From Promethearchaeota archaeon (lineage in GTDB: Archaea; Asgardarchaeota; Lokiarchaeia; Sigyniarchaeales; Promethearchaeaceae), in the NCBI GenBank assembly GCA_016933055.1, contig JAFGBS010000001.1:210001-242000 (forward strand): a DNA stretch of 32,000 nucleotides, given 5' to 3'. The notes beneath the pieces were generated by a model, which was not told the origin of the DNA, did not search any database, and saw only the letters and a program-made list of their open reading frames with translations. Positions 17,555 through 27,107 of this stretch are shown here, in pieces. Position 1 is the first letter of the stretch, and every line of letters starts with the position of its first letter. Both the position numbers and the translations under genes were made by a program.

Positions 17555-18049
17555 TCATAATTCATTTATGTGTTTAACGATGTCCGTGAAAATAACGTAT
17601 TTCTTTTCGTTTCGGGTGGTCTCATCTTCAATCTCTTTTTCGATTTTAATTAACTCATCAGAAATATCGAATTCTTTGAAATCTTCAATCTCGATTGAAG
17701 ATGAACTTTTATCCAATATTGTGATAAAGCGATTAATACTGGGAAGAAATTCAGAAAGGTCCACATGATCGGGGATTTTGGTCATAATAAACAGCTGTTT
17801 TCCATAGGTAAATACGAAATTGGTCCCTGAGATGGTTAATACCAAGGAATTTATTTCTTCAGAATTTAGCTCTAAAGCAACTCGAGAACGAGCATTTATA
17901 AAATCAAGCAAAGTGGTGGAAAGAACTCCACCTTTTTTAAAATCAATGAGAGAGGAACTCAAGATGAATCCATATTTATCTATGATTGCCACATCTGTGT
18001 TTAAACTCTCCTTAAGTTGTTTGCCAATTTCTTCGATGTTAACACTCAT
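17555..18049 (-). CDS. Roadblock/LAMTOR2/MglB-like protein with acidic C-terminal extension
   Basis: VAIIDKYGFILSSS, a long helix ending RVALELNSEEINSLVL, and a beta hairpin follow the Roadblock pattern. ATG 18049 is preferred over GTG 18079. Confidence 0.7.
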   Translation of the reverse strand: MSVNIEEIGKQLKESLNTDVAIIDKYGFILSSSLIDFKKGGVLSTTLLDFINARSRVALELNSEEINSLVLTISGTNFVFTYGKQLFIMTKIPDHVDLSEFLPSINRFITILDKSSSSIEIEDFKEFDISDELIKIEKEIEDETTRNEKKYVIFTDIVKHINEL

Positions 18050-18091
18050 TTTTCCTATAAGAAAATAGGAAAAAATCACCTTATAATTTTG

Positions 18092-18802
18092 TTACTCAGA
18101 AATAATTAATTCGGGAATCTTTCCTACTTTTGCTACCAATTCTCCGCAAGTAATGAACACTCCCTTAATAAAGTCCATTGATTTTGCTAATTCGAGGGTG
18201 GGCTCTAAGATACACCTGGTCTCATTTCTTTTTACGCTGTTTGCAATCTTAGTAGCAGCTGCATCTGCAATACCGGCCGAAGATGCACACACAGTGACGG
18301 TATCTGCCTCTCCTAAACTCGTTGCATGACCAAATGTTCCCGAACTCGTAGCAATCCCTAATGGATCACTCCCCCCTCGAAACAAAAAACTCACTGTATT
18401 TTTTAAATTGGTTGTTTTCGAGTAGAGATTGATAAAAATATCTTCGATTGAATGTATCTTAATCTCTCCTCCATTTTCAACGACTGCTATTTGTGCACCG
18501 TGACGAATCATTTCGTCACACATCGCATCAGCAAATACACCTGCCACAGAAGCCATAGGTCCAACATTTGCGAGAATTGCAGCATTCTGCATCTGGACAA
18601 CCACATCAAAAGTAGTTTCAATAGTAATGGGAGAGAAAGAGGTTTTAAATTCGGGATGCTTACGAATCACCTCTTCAAGTTGGGATCTAATACGAATCAA
18701 GTAATTCCTAGCAATTTTTACGTATTTTTCAGAATCTGTAATTATGGTGATATCTGATTCTTTTATTCGAAAGTGTTTTTTAATTCGGGGGAAAGATCGC
18801 AT
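18092..18802 (-). CDS. UPF0280 family ApbE-like protein
   Basis: VGPMASVAG, VVENGGEI, GIATSSGTFGHATSLGEADTVTV and ADAAAT. Confidence 0.9.
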   Translation of the reverse strand: MRSFPRIKKHFRIKESDITIITDSEKYVKIARNYLIRIRSQLEEVIRKHPEFKTSFSPITIETTFDVVVQMQNAAILANVGPMASVAGVFADAMCDEMIRHGAQIAVVENGGEIKIHSIEDIFINLYSKTTNLKNTVSFLFRGGSDPLGIATSSGTFGHATSLGEADTVTVCASSAGIADAAATKIANSVKRNETRCILEPTLELAKSMDFIKGVFITCGELVAKVGKIPELIISE

Positions 18803-18851
18803 TATAATATCCTATATATTATTATGGAAGTAGAAGAAACCAAGTTATCAT

Positions 18852-20492
18852 ATGAAATTTAACGATGAAAATCTTTTCTCTTTTAATTCCCATCGTTCTT
18901 GTTTATATACAAAGCATGGTGTCGTGGGAGCGAGTCAGCCACTAGCAGCTGAAGTGGGTTTATCAATTTTAAAATCTGGTGGAAATGCCGCTGACGCAGC
19001 TGTGGCGAGTGCCGCAGTATTAAATGTTGTAGAACCAATGAGTACAGGTGCTGGTGGGGATTGTTTTTGTTTATTTTATGACAATTCTCATAAAAAGGTG
19101 GTAGGTCTCAATGGGTCAGGACGTGCTCCAAAATATCTAAGCTTTACCTATCTTCAAGAAGTGGGAATCGATAGTATTACCATACCAAGTACTAGTCCCC
19201 ATGCAATCACTGTTCCTGGGGCAGTTGCTGGGTGGATTGATACTCTATCACAGTTTGGCACAATGGATATTAGTGAAGTTCTTAAACCAGCGATAAAAAT
19301 TGCTGAAGAAGGCTTTCCTGTCAGCCCTTTCATTTCCATCATTTGGAAGTTACAGGAATTCAAATTAAAGAGGGCAAAATACGGCTTTGAATTGCTGATA
19401 AATCGCAAGTCCCCGAAAATAGGCCAGATATTTAAAAATCCACATTTGGCAACTGTATTTCGTGAGATTGCTGAGCATGGGAAAGCGGGATTTTATTCTG
19501 GCTGGGTAGCAGAAGAAATTATAAACATAATCAACGAAGCGGGAGGAGTAATGACCCAAGAGGATCTGAAAAATCACTCATCGAAATTCGTGGATCCCAT
19601 TTCTACTACCTACCGTGGATTAGAAGTACATCAAATTCCTCCGAATGGTCAGGGATTAACCTTGCTAATTGCATTGAACCTTCTAGAACAGTTTAATCTT
19701 GTTTCCATGGGACCTGATAGCATTTCATATCTTCACTTACTGATTGAGTGTTTACGACTTGCATTTGCTGATTCACGGTATTTTGTTTCAGATCCAGATC
19801 ATCAAAATATTCCCATTCAACAATTACTTTCAAAAACCTATGCACTTGAGCGAAAAAGTTTGATAGATCAAAATAAAGCTTCATTGTTTTTTTCTCATGG
19901 ATTAGAGGAAATGCACTCTGATACTGTGTACATTGCAACGGCAGATTCCATGGGAAATGCTTGTAGTTTCATTAATTCGAATTATGAATCATTTGGAACG
20001 GGTATTATTCCTAGAGGTACTGGATTTGTGCTGCAAAACCGCGGAAGTTGCTTTACTCTTATCCAAGACCATCCAAATGTCGTAGCTCCGGAAAAACGTC
20101 CTTATCATACAATTATTCCGGGCATGGTCACTAAAAACAAAGAACTATTTGCGTGCTATGGAATTATGGGCGGATTTAATCAACCACAAGCTCACTTACA
20201 AGTACTTTCTAAACTGATTGATTTTCATTTTGATCCTCAATCGGCGTTGGATGCGTTGCGCTTCAGTATTCTAGGAGGAAATCCGTCTGGAATTGTTGCT
20301 GTGGAAAAAGGTGAGGCAATTAGCTCTCTAACTATTGAAAAATTACAAAAAATGGGGCATGAAATCAAGGTTGTCGATGGAATTGGACGAACAATATTTG
20401 GAAATGGGCAGGTAATAATGCGTGATGATCAAAATGATATTTATATTTCAGGAAGTGATCCCAGATCCGATGGCTGTGTGATTGGATATTAG
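18852..20492 (+). CDS. ggt: Gamma-glutamyltransferase (Ntn hydrolase)
   Basis: GGNAADAA, TVPGAVAGW, PPNGQG, nucleophile Thr in SDTVY, LQNRG, KRPYHTIIP, GGFNQPQ and SDPRSDG. Confidence 0.95.
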   Translation: MKFNDENLFSFNSHRSCLYTKHGVVGASQPLAAEVGLSILKSGGNAADAAVASAAVLNVVEPMSTGAGGDCFCLFYDNSHKKVVGLNGSGRAPKYLSFTYLQEVGIDSITIPSTSPHAITVPGAVAGWIDTLSQFGTMDISEVLKPAIKIAEEGFPVSPFISIIWKLQEFKLKRAKYGFELLINRKSPKIGQIFKNPHLATVFREIAEHGKAGFYSGWVAEEIINIINEAGGVMTQEDLKNHSSKFVDPISTTYRGLEVHQIPPNGQGLTLLIALNLLEQFNLVSMGPDSISYLHLLIECLRLAFADSRYFVSDPDHQNIPIQQLLSKTYALERKSLIDQNKASLFFSHGLEEMHSDTVYIATADSMGNACSFINSNYESFGTGIIPRGTGFVLQNRGSCFTLIQDHPNVVAPEKRPYHTIIPGMVTKNKELFACYGIMGGFNQPQAHLQVLSKLIDFHFDPQSALDALRFSILGGNPSGIVAVEKGEAISSLTIEKLQKMGHEIKVVDGIGRTIFGNGQVIMRDDQNDIYISGSDPRSDGCVIGY

Positions 20493-20527
20493 AAACATCT
20501 TTATTTTATTGGATTTAATACAATTTT

Positions 20528-21400
20528 ATGGTACTATTAGATCAACTAACCGTGATCACTGACGAACTTACACAAGATTTTCGCACAGCTTTGAATATTG
20601 CCTCCTCCATTGGATTGAAAACCGTGGAAATTCGAAAGATATGGAATAAAAATATCGCTCTTTTCACCGACGAAGAATTACAACGGCTAAAAAATCATCT
20701 GAATAAAAAAAATATGAACGTTAGTGTCGTTGCGTCTCCCTTTGGAAAATGCGTTCTTCCGAGTTCTATCTGGGCGACCAATAAAAATGCATCGCTATCC
20801 ATGAATCCAAATTACAATATGAGTTATTTTGATAGAATCGTAGAAATTTCTGATTTTTTCAACACACCCTATATCAGATTCTTTAATTTCTTAAAGATGG
20901 GACCCATCACTGAGAAGAAATGGAGAGAAATGATCACTCTTCTCAAACCATACGCTGACAAAGCTAAAGAAAAAAAGAAAATCTTGGTGCTGGAAAACGA
21001 ATCGGTATGTTTCTCGGACACTATTGCTAACACTATTCGTTTCTTGAATGAGATAGACTCTCCCGCCGTAAAATTGAATCTAGATCCTGGGAATTTCTTT
21101 TCAATGCATCAACCAACAACTCCCGAAGCTTATGAAGTATTTTATACAAACGGATGGGTGCAACATATGCACATAAAAGATGCCCGAACACGCATATTGA
21201 AGCTTCTTAGTCTCTTTGATGTTGTGGGTACGGGTAAAATCGATTATAAAGCGCTAATCCAACAAGCAGTAGATCACGATTATACGGGATACTTTTCGTT
21301 GGAAACACATGCGAATTCGAATTTAATGCAAAAATCCGTCGATAGTCTCAAATATTTAAAGAATATAATTGATGAGTTAGATTCTACTGAGGAAGAATAG
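20528..21400 (+). CDS. Sugar phosphate isomerase/epimerase (xylose-isomerase-like TIM barrel)
   Basis: Metal-ligand motifs LVLENE, NLDPGN, HMHIKD and SLETH. Confidence 0.85.
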   Translation: MVLLDQLTVITDELTQDFRTALNIASSIGLKTVEIRKIWNKNIALFTDEELQRLKNHLNKKNMNVSVVASPFGKCVLPSSIWATNKNASLSMNPNYNMSYFDRIVEISDFFNTPYIRFFNFLKMGPITEKKWREMITLLKPYADKAKEKKKILVLENESVCFSDTIANTIRFLNEIDSPAVKLNLDPGNFFSMHQPTTPEAYEVFYTNGWVQHMHIKDARTRILKLLSLFDVVGTGKIDYKALIQQAVDHDYTGYFSLETHANSNLMQKSVDSLKYLKNIIDELDSTEEE

Positions 21401-22141
21401 ATGGAAAAATATCATAAGTCTACTGTATATGATCGTTGTAAGATGAATGGTAGTAGTCCGGATATTCTTAAGCCTGATCTTTATAAAAAATATCCTAATT
21501 CTGATAAAGTTCCACTTCCTAAACCCAAATCAACAAATCCAGTCCTTTTAGACGATGCTTTACGTAAAAGACGAAGTTTTCGTGAATATCTTCAAAAATC
21601 TATAGACCTAGATACCCTTTCCTATTTACTCTGGGCAACATCAGGTATCAATAAATTAATACAATCATCATGGGGGGAAATAGGATTACGAACTGCCCCT
21701 TCAGCGGGAGCATGTTATCCCATCGAAACGTATATAATAGTCAACAAGCTTAAAAATCAGATCGGTGTGAAAGGATTAGATATGGGGGTCTATCATTATG
21801 ATGTAGAGTATCACCAATTAGAAGTGGTGATTCCTGGGGACTTCAGAGAACCATTGATGAAAGCTTGTTTAGAACAACATTATTGCGGTACCGCACCTGT
21901 TGTTTTTATCTTCACTGCTATTTTTAATCGTACAAAATATAAGTATGAAGATCGAGGATATCGATACATTTTTCTAGATGCTGGACATCAAGTACAGAAT
22001 TTGGCACTAGCAATTACGGGTCTTCATTTAGGAGGAGTGCCAATTGGTGCATTTTATGACGATGAGATGAATTCAATAATAGCTGTCGACGGTATTTTTG
22101 AAAGTACAATCTACGTATATCCCATAGGATGTATAAAGTAA
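21401..22141 (+). CDS. SagB/ThcOx-family nitroreductase-like (FMN) protein
   Basis: RRSFREY, LSYLLWA, LRTAPSAGACYPIETY, LDAGHQVQN and IGAFYDD. Confidence 0.9.
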   Translation: MEKYHKSTVYDRCKMNGSSPDILKPDLYKKYPNSDKVPLPKPKSTNPVLLDDALRKRRSFREYLQKSIDLDTLSYLLWATSGINKLIQSSWGEIGLRTAPSAGACYPIETYIIVNKLKNQIGVKGLDMGVYHYDVEYHQLEVVIPGDFREPLMKACLEQHYCGTAPVVFIFTAIFNRTKYKYEDRGYRYIFLDAGHQVQNLALAITGLHLGGVPIGAFYDDEMNSIIAVDGIFESTIYVYPIGCIK

Positions 22142-22196
22142 GTGGTTCCATAATTTTTTTAATACCAACATCACACTGTTATGTGGTGATGGTTTG

Positions 22197-22988
22197 ATGG
22201 ATGAAATTAGTTCTGCCCAAAAACAATGGATAGATGAATGGGAAATTGAGATTGATCCTCCGCATTTCTTAATTGCAGCAACTCATCCATCTTATCATGC
22301 AATTGATCCTACAGCAACCGACTACGAAAGATTTGAGTTTGTAGGAGATGCTTGTTTGGATTTACTTGTCGCAGAATTCCTCTATAATTCTGATATGGCA
22401 ATGACCGAAGGAGAAATGACACGTAGACGTACAAAAATGGTGAAAAATGATCAACTCGCTCAATTATTTGATATATTACAACTTCAACAAGTGATAATTA
22501 CTGCCCCTAATTACCATCCCAGTATTAAAGATAAAGCAAATTTTGTTGAAGCTTTATTTGGGGGGATTTTTCTCGCAAATGGTTATGAATCTTGCAAAAA
22601 ATTATGGAATAAATTAAAATACAGAATGGGAAATAAACAGAATGTTCCCTCCTTATCGGAAGATGAAATTCATCCTAAAATTCGGAATGAAAAAGAACAT
22701 TTAAAAAAATTATATCGTCAATTAGGACTTATTCCAAAGGATCCTATAACTATTTTACAAGAATTAAGCTTGAAAAATAAAAATCCTCTTCCAAAATATA
22801 AATTACTCCAAAGACGAGGTCCGGACCACCACCCTTTATTCGCATATCAGGTTTCTATCTCTCCTTTCCAAAATATTGTAAAAGAAGAAATTTCGGCAAT
22901 AGGTACGGGTTCTAGCAAACAGAAAGCAAAATTTGATGCTGCTGCGAAATTATGCGAAAAAATTTATCTTCCATTTATCCCGGTGTAA
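22197..22988 (+). CDS. rnc: Ribonuclease III with C-terminal dsRNA-binding domain
   Basis: ATHPSY, ERFEFVGD, EGEMT, ANFVEALFGGIFL, and dsRBD elements DPITILQE, GPDHHPLF and GSSKQKAKFDAA. An SD-like GGTGAT at 22185-22190 precedes ATG 22197. Confidence 0.88.
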   Translation: MDEISSAQKQWIDEWEIEIDPPHFLIAATHPSYHAIDPTATDYERFEFVGDACLDLLVAEFLYNSDMAMTEGEMTRRRTKMVKNDQLAQLFDILQLQQVIITAPNYHPSIKDKANFVEALFGGIFLANGYESCKKLWNKLKYRMGNKQNVPSLSEDEIHPKIRNEKEHLKKLYRQLGLIPKDPITILQELSLKNKNPLPKYKLLQRRGPDHHPLFAYQVSISPFQNIVKEEISAIGTGSSKQKAKFDAAAKLCEKIYLPFIPV

Positions 22989-22999
22989 CTGAAATATGG

Positions 23000-25387
23000 T
23001 TAATTTCCTTGTTCAGCAGCCTTAATGACTTCTTTGAGATCTTCAATTAAGTAGGGTTTTGGTATACGACCAATGAAACCATACTCTTCATAATTACTGA
23101 GGACGGGATCTGATGAATAACCACTTGACACAATCACCTTAACGGTATTATCTATGCGTTTAAGAGCTTCCATGGTCTCTAAGCCATTCATTCCATCAAT
23201 AATATTCAAATCCAAAATGATCAAATCATAAGGTTTGTTTATAATCCGAGCTTGTTTGAATTTCTCTAACACCTCTTGACCATTTACAGCTTGATGGGCT
23301 TGATAACCTAATTTTGAAAGTAGCTTTACAATGATACTCAAAATGACGGGATCATCATCCATAACTAATATCCGTTGGAATTTTCTAGAAGATATTTCCG
23401 AAGCTTTTTCCTCCTCAAAATTACCGCTAGCGGGTAGATAAATGTGAAAGGTTGAACCTTTACCCAATTCTGTGTCCACATCAATAGTACCTCCATGATT
23501 TTCAGCAATGGATAAACTTACGGGTAACCCCAATCCTAATTTATCTTCCTTTGTTGTGAAAAATGGATCAAAAATCCTTGATAATATCTCTGATTGAATT
23601 CCTTTACCACTATCTGTTAAGGAAATTTTTACATATTTTCCCGGCTTGAGATGACGAGTATTTTTATGTTTAATTGTTATGTTCTCTAATTTTAAATGGA
23701 TATTTCCCCGATATCTGGATGCTTCTTGAGCGTTTTCTACGATATTTTCTAACATTTGAATCACTTGGTCTTTATCGATTTCAGCATTCCAGACTCGAGG
23801 ATCAACATCATCTTTATAGATGATATTAGATCCAATGAGTTTCTCTGTAACGGCGTATCGAACAAATTCTGAAATATCTGTCAATTCTTTGAGGGGGACT
23901 CCACCCTTAGCGAAACATAATAATTTGTTCGTAAGTTTTCTTGCTCGTAAAATCGAATCCTCTGCTTCAATCAAATGACTCTTTAAAATGTCGATATCTG
24001 ACTCCATTTTCGCTAAATTTACATTACCTAAAATGCTAGTAAGCAGATTATTAAAATCATGAGCAATGCTGCCTGCGAGAGTCCCAATCGACTCCAATTT
24101 TTCTGAACGTTGATATTCTGCTTCCTTACGTTGTCGTTCTTCAATATTTTGAAAATAAATCATAGACACAATTCGACCACGTAAGGGAATTAGGGTTGCT
24201 CTTAATTCCACTGGAATTTCTATTTCAGTTTTTGTTAAAATAATAGTTTGGATTAAGTTTGTTGAATGTGCTAGTTCTTTGTAAAAATTGGATAATTTTT
24301 TCCTTTGATTTTTTTTAAATAGATGAACTGGATTGATTCCAATCAACTCATCTAATTCATACTCAAGCATTTCAGCCGCAACTACATTCACATCCAAAAT
24401 TTTTTTAGGTTGATTGTTTTTGTCCAATGAATGAACAATTAAAGGTTCAGAAAATTTGTTAAATAAGATCCGATAACTTTCAACGCTTTCTCTCAGAGTA
24501 TGTTCTTTCTTTTTAATTTCTGTTATATCTACGTAATTTAATAATGTAGCGAACCTATCTCGGAAGGTGATCTCTCTTGATGTAAGTTCCATCCAGAATA
24601 TATCACCATTTATTTTAATACCGCGAATTTGGTTCTTCATGATAACATTATTGTGATCAAATTGCCGATAGTATTTTTCCCTAAATTTTTCTCGATCATC
24701 GGGATGAACGATCTTAAGCCCATCATCTATTTTCCAGTTATAAATTTCTTCGGGAGTATATCCTATAATTTCTGTCAATCGATCGTTAATATATACAACT
24801 TCTCCATTCTGAACAACCATCATACCTACTGGACTTTTTTCGCAAACTGAATGGAAAATTTCATCAGATTCCTCTTGTTTTGATTGTGCAAGTTGAAAAA
24901 TTTGGAATTTCGCTTTCATGTTCTGGGTTTCATTCTGGAAATGCTGTAATTCTTCACTGAGGATCCGATATTTGGTGGAATCCAAAATTTGTGCTAGATA
25001 TCCGTTTACTGTGCTATTTTTTCGTAAGGAAAAGGGATAAATATGAAAATCCAGATATATGCTGCCGGTACGAGCCGTATTAAAGAAATCGTGGTTCCGA
25101 ACTTTATCAAAATCATATTCTGCAGAAAAATGTACTTCTTTTTTCTCACGTAATTGATTTTTATACGGTTCAGGAATATTAGGATCATTGAATAAAACAA
25201 CATCCTTGAACTGTGAGGGTTTTGTAAAACCAAGTAGTTTGCGAACACGATGATTTGCTTCGATCAATACACCTTCAGCATTAAAGATCAGCAGCCCCAC
25301 AGGACTTTCACTAAATAGAAGCCGATACTCTTCTTCGGATAAAATACTCACGTTTGATCCCTTGATTCCTTTGAACTGATTAGACAA
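23000..25387 (-). CDS. Hybrid sensor histidine kinase (about 3 PAS, HisKA, HATPase, receiver)
   Basis: H-box LAGSIAHDFNNLL, N-box ENIVENAQEA, DSGKGI, FDPFFTTK and GLGLGL. Receiver motifs ILVMDDD, IILDL and IPKPY. Confidence 0.93.
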   Translation of the reverse strand: MSNQFKGIKGSNVSILSEEEYRLLFSESPVGLLIFNAEGVLIEANHRVRKLLGFTKPSQFKDVVLFNDPNIPEPYKNQLREKKEVHFSAEYDFDKVRNHDFFNTARTGSIYLDFHIYPFSLRKNSTVNGYLAQILDSTKYRILSEELQHFQNETQNMKAKFQIFQLAQSKQEESDEIFHSVCEKSPVGMMVVQNGEVVYINDRLTEIIGYTPEEIYNWKIDDGLKIVHPDDREKFREKYYRQFDHNNVIMKNQIRGIKINGDIFWMELTSREITFRDRFATLLNYVDITEIKKKEHTLRESVESYRILFNKFSEPLIVHSLDKNNQPKKILDVNVVAAEMLEYELDELIGINPVHLFKKNQRKKLSNFYKELAHSTNLIQTIILTKTEIEIPVELRATLIPLRGRIVSMIYFQNIEERQRKEAEYQRSEKLESIGTLAGSIAHDFNNLLTSILGNVNLAKMESDIDILKSHLIEAEDSILRARKLTNKLLCFAKGGVPLKELTDISEFVRYAVTEKLIGSNIIYKDDVDPRVWNAEIDKDQVIQMLENIVENAQEASRYRGNIHLKLENITIKHKNTRHLKPGKYVKISLTDSGKGIQSEILSRIFDPFFTTKEDKLGLGLPVSLSIAENHGGTIDVDTELGKGSTFHIYLPASGNFEEEKASEISSRKFQRILVMDDDPVILSIIVKLLSKLGYQAHQAVNGQEVLEKFKQARIINKPYDLIILDLNIIDGMNGLETMEALKRIDNTVKVIVSSGYSSDPVLSNYEEYGFIGRIPKPYLIEDLKEVIKAAEQGN

Positions 25388-25551
25388 TTCTATGAGTTAT
25401 CATTGGTTGGTCCAGATTCGCATAAATAATTAATGTTGAATATTACTTCGACAAATATAGAATATTAAAGTGGCTTGGAACCTATCTGTTTTTCGGAGAA
25501 TACCATTACAACCAGTAGAGTGAAACTAAAAATATCCCATTTGTCCTCCCT

Positions 25552-26352
25552 TTATTTTGGTTTTCTCCAGCGAAATATTATAAATAGCGCTACTATTCGT
25601 TCCGTCCAAAAACTAGGATCCATTTTCAAGAGTTCATCGCTAGGATTGGGCTCTACCACTTCTTCCAGAATATTGAATCCAGCTTGGATGCATGCATTCA
25701 TCCATTCACTAAGAGTGTGATCAAATCGTGGTACTTCAAATTGTTTCATAGTCTTTTTCCATTCTTTTGGGGTGGCTCCAAATATCCATTTTTCAATTTC
25801 ACCCTGCTTTTTTTCAAAATAACCTGAAACAACCTTGGCTTTTCGTTTTCCTTCTTTATCATGGATCCATTCATTTCCTAAATTGAAACATGGATGAGTG
25901 ATAGAAAATTGAAAAAAACCGCCTGGTTTAGTGACCCGAAATGCTTCTGCTATTGCCTTGTCATATTCGGGTATGTCCATTAGAGACATTGTACCAATTG
26001 TAAAGTCAAATGCATCATTTTCAAACGGAAGGGACACAGCACTTGCGACTTTATACTCTATTCCCAACGGGTCTTTGTGTTCCCATTCTCTTGCATATTG
26101 AATGAATTTTTCAGAAATATCAATTGCTACCATGTTTGCTCCGAGTTTTTGGATTGCACGGGTGTTCAATCCTTCTCCACACCCTATATCTAAACCAGAT
26201 AATCCTTGAACGTCTGGGAGCATTTCGAGAAAGGCTGGAAAGGTCAGATGTACACGAGTCCTATCATACCCTAATCGAACTAGCTTTGTCCAATTTTCCG
26301 CGTTATCGTCCCAATACTCTCCTACTTTGCGATGATCCATTTTATTTTGCAT
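25552..26352 (-). CDS. Class I SAM-dependent methyltransferase
   Basis: LDIGCGEG, AIDIS, LPFENDAFD, RVTKPGG and SITHP. Confidence 0.92.
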   Translation of the reverse strand: MQNKMDHRKVGEYWDDNAENWTKLVRLGYDRTRVHLTFPAFLEMLPDVQGLSGLDIGCGEGLNTRAIQKLGANMVAIDISEKFIQYAREWEHKDPLGIEYKVASAVSLPFENDAFDFTIGTMSLMDIPEYDKAIAEAFRVTKPGGFFQFSITHPCFNLGNEWIHDKEGKRKAKVVSGYFEKKQGEIEKWIFGATPKEWKKTMKQFEVPRFDHTLSEWMNACIQAGFNILEEVVEPNPSDELLKMDPSFWTERIVALFIIFRWRKPK

Positions 26353-26488
26353 CTGGTTTTGTTGGATAACTGATAATGATCAATTAAAAATAATAATTGT
26401 GGATAGCTCTCCTCTTTTTTATATCCAATAGGGCAAAGGTATATTATACGTCGATCCTATTAAAATATAAAGAAGTGGATTACACACA

Positions 26489-26977
26489 ATGAGCGATAAG
26501 ATCGATTTAGACCATGATTTAATTCTGACTTATTTTGATGTTAGATATGGACCTAAAATCATCCTAGGCTCTCTGAAAACCAAAAATGATGGAGAACAAC
26601 CATTAACAGAAATTGAATTAACTCGTTTAATGGATATCCATGAGTCAGGTGATTTTTTTATCCATTATTATAAACATAATTTCATCGCAAATTATCTATT
26701 CTCAGTAAAAGATTATACCGAACCACGTGGATTTGTCAACCGCTTTATGACATCAATTGTGTTCCACCGAGATTCCAAGATATCTGATGAGGATTGGTTT
26801 CATTTAGTGTTTAAAAATATAGATCGAATAGAACAGTCCATTAAAAAAATCAGCGAAAATCTTCATAAAAATCCATTAATTAAGAACCTCATCAAAGTGG
26901 ATCCGAACAACCGATCGAAAAACGTATTTGTAGAACAAAAAAGTGAGTTGCTTGAGGAACTCAAGAGTTATCTTTAA
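26489..26977 (+). CDS. Stand-alone uDENN/longin-like protein
   Basis: ILTYFDVRYGPKI, RLMD, FFIH, ANYLF and RG...TSIV follow the uDENN-like pattern. Confidence 0.6.
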   Translation: MSDKIDLDHDLILTYFDVRYGPKIILGSLKTKNDGEQPLTEIELTRLMDIHESGDFFIHYYKHNFIANYLFSVKDYTEPRGFVNRFMTSIVFHRDSKISDEDWFHLVFKNIDRIEQSIKKISENLHKNPLIKNLIKVDPNNRSKNVFVEQKSELLEELKSYL

Positions 26978-27017
26978 TTCACAAATGAATCTTTTTTTAG
27001 GAACTATCGATGTATCT

Positions 27018-27062
27018 ATTGGGATCTCTATTGATCAACTTTTGATAATCCCAATCTTTTTT
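27018..27062 (+). terminator. Possible stem-loop followed by a T-tract downstream of the uDENN-like gene
   Basis: Inverted repeat ATTGGGAT (27018-25) / ATCCCAAT (27048-55), an inner ATCAA/TTGAT stem, then T6. Confidence 0.3.
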
Positions 27063-27107
27063 CAGATGCAGTCTAATTCGAGAAATTAAAAGTTGATATG
27101 AAGAATA

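Noticed and set aside
23000-25387. Bacterial-type hybrid PAS histidine kinase as a novelty
   Set aside because: Such kinases are common in anaerobic archaea and bacteria, all motifs are canonical, and no cognate output gene is adjacent.
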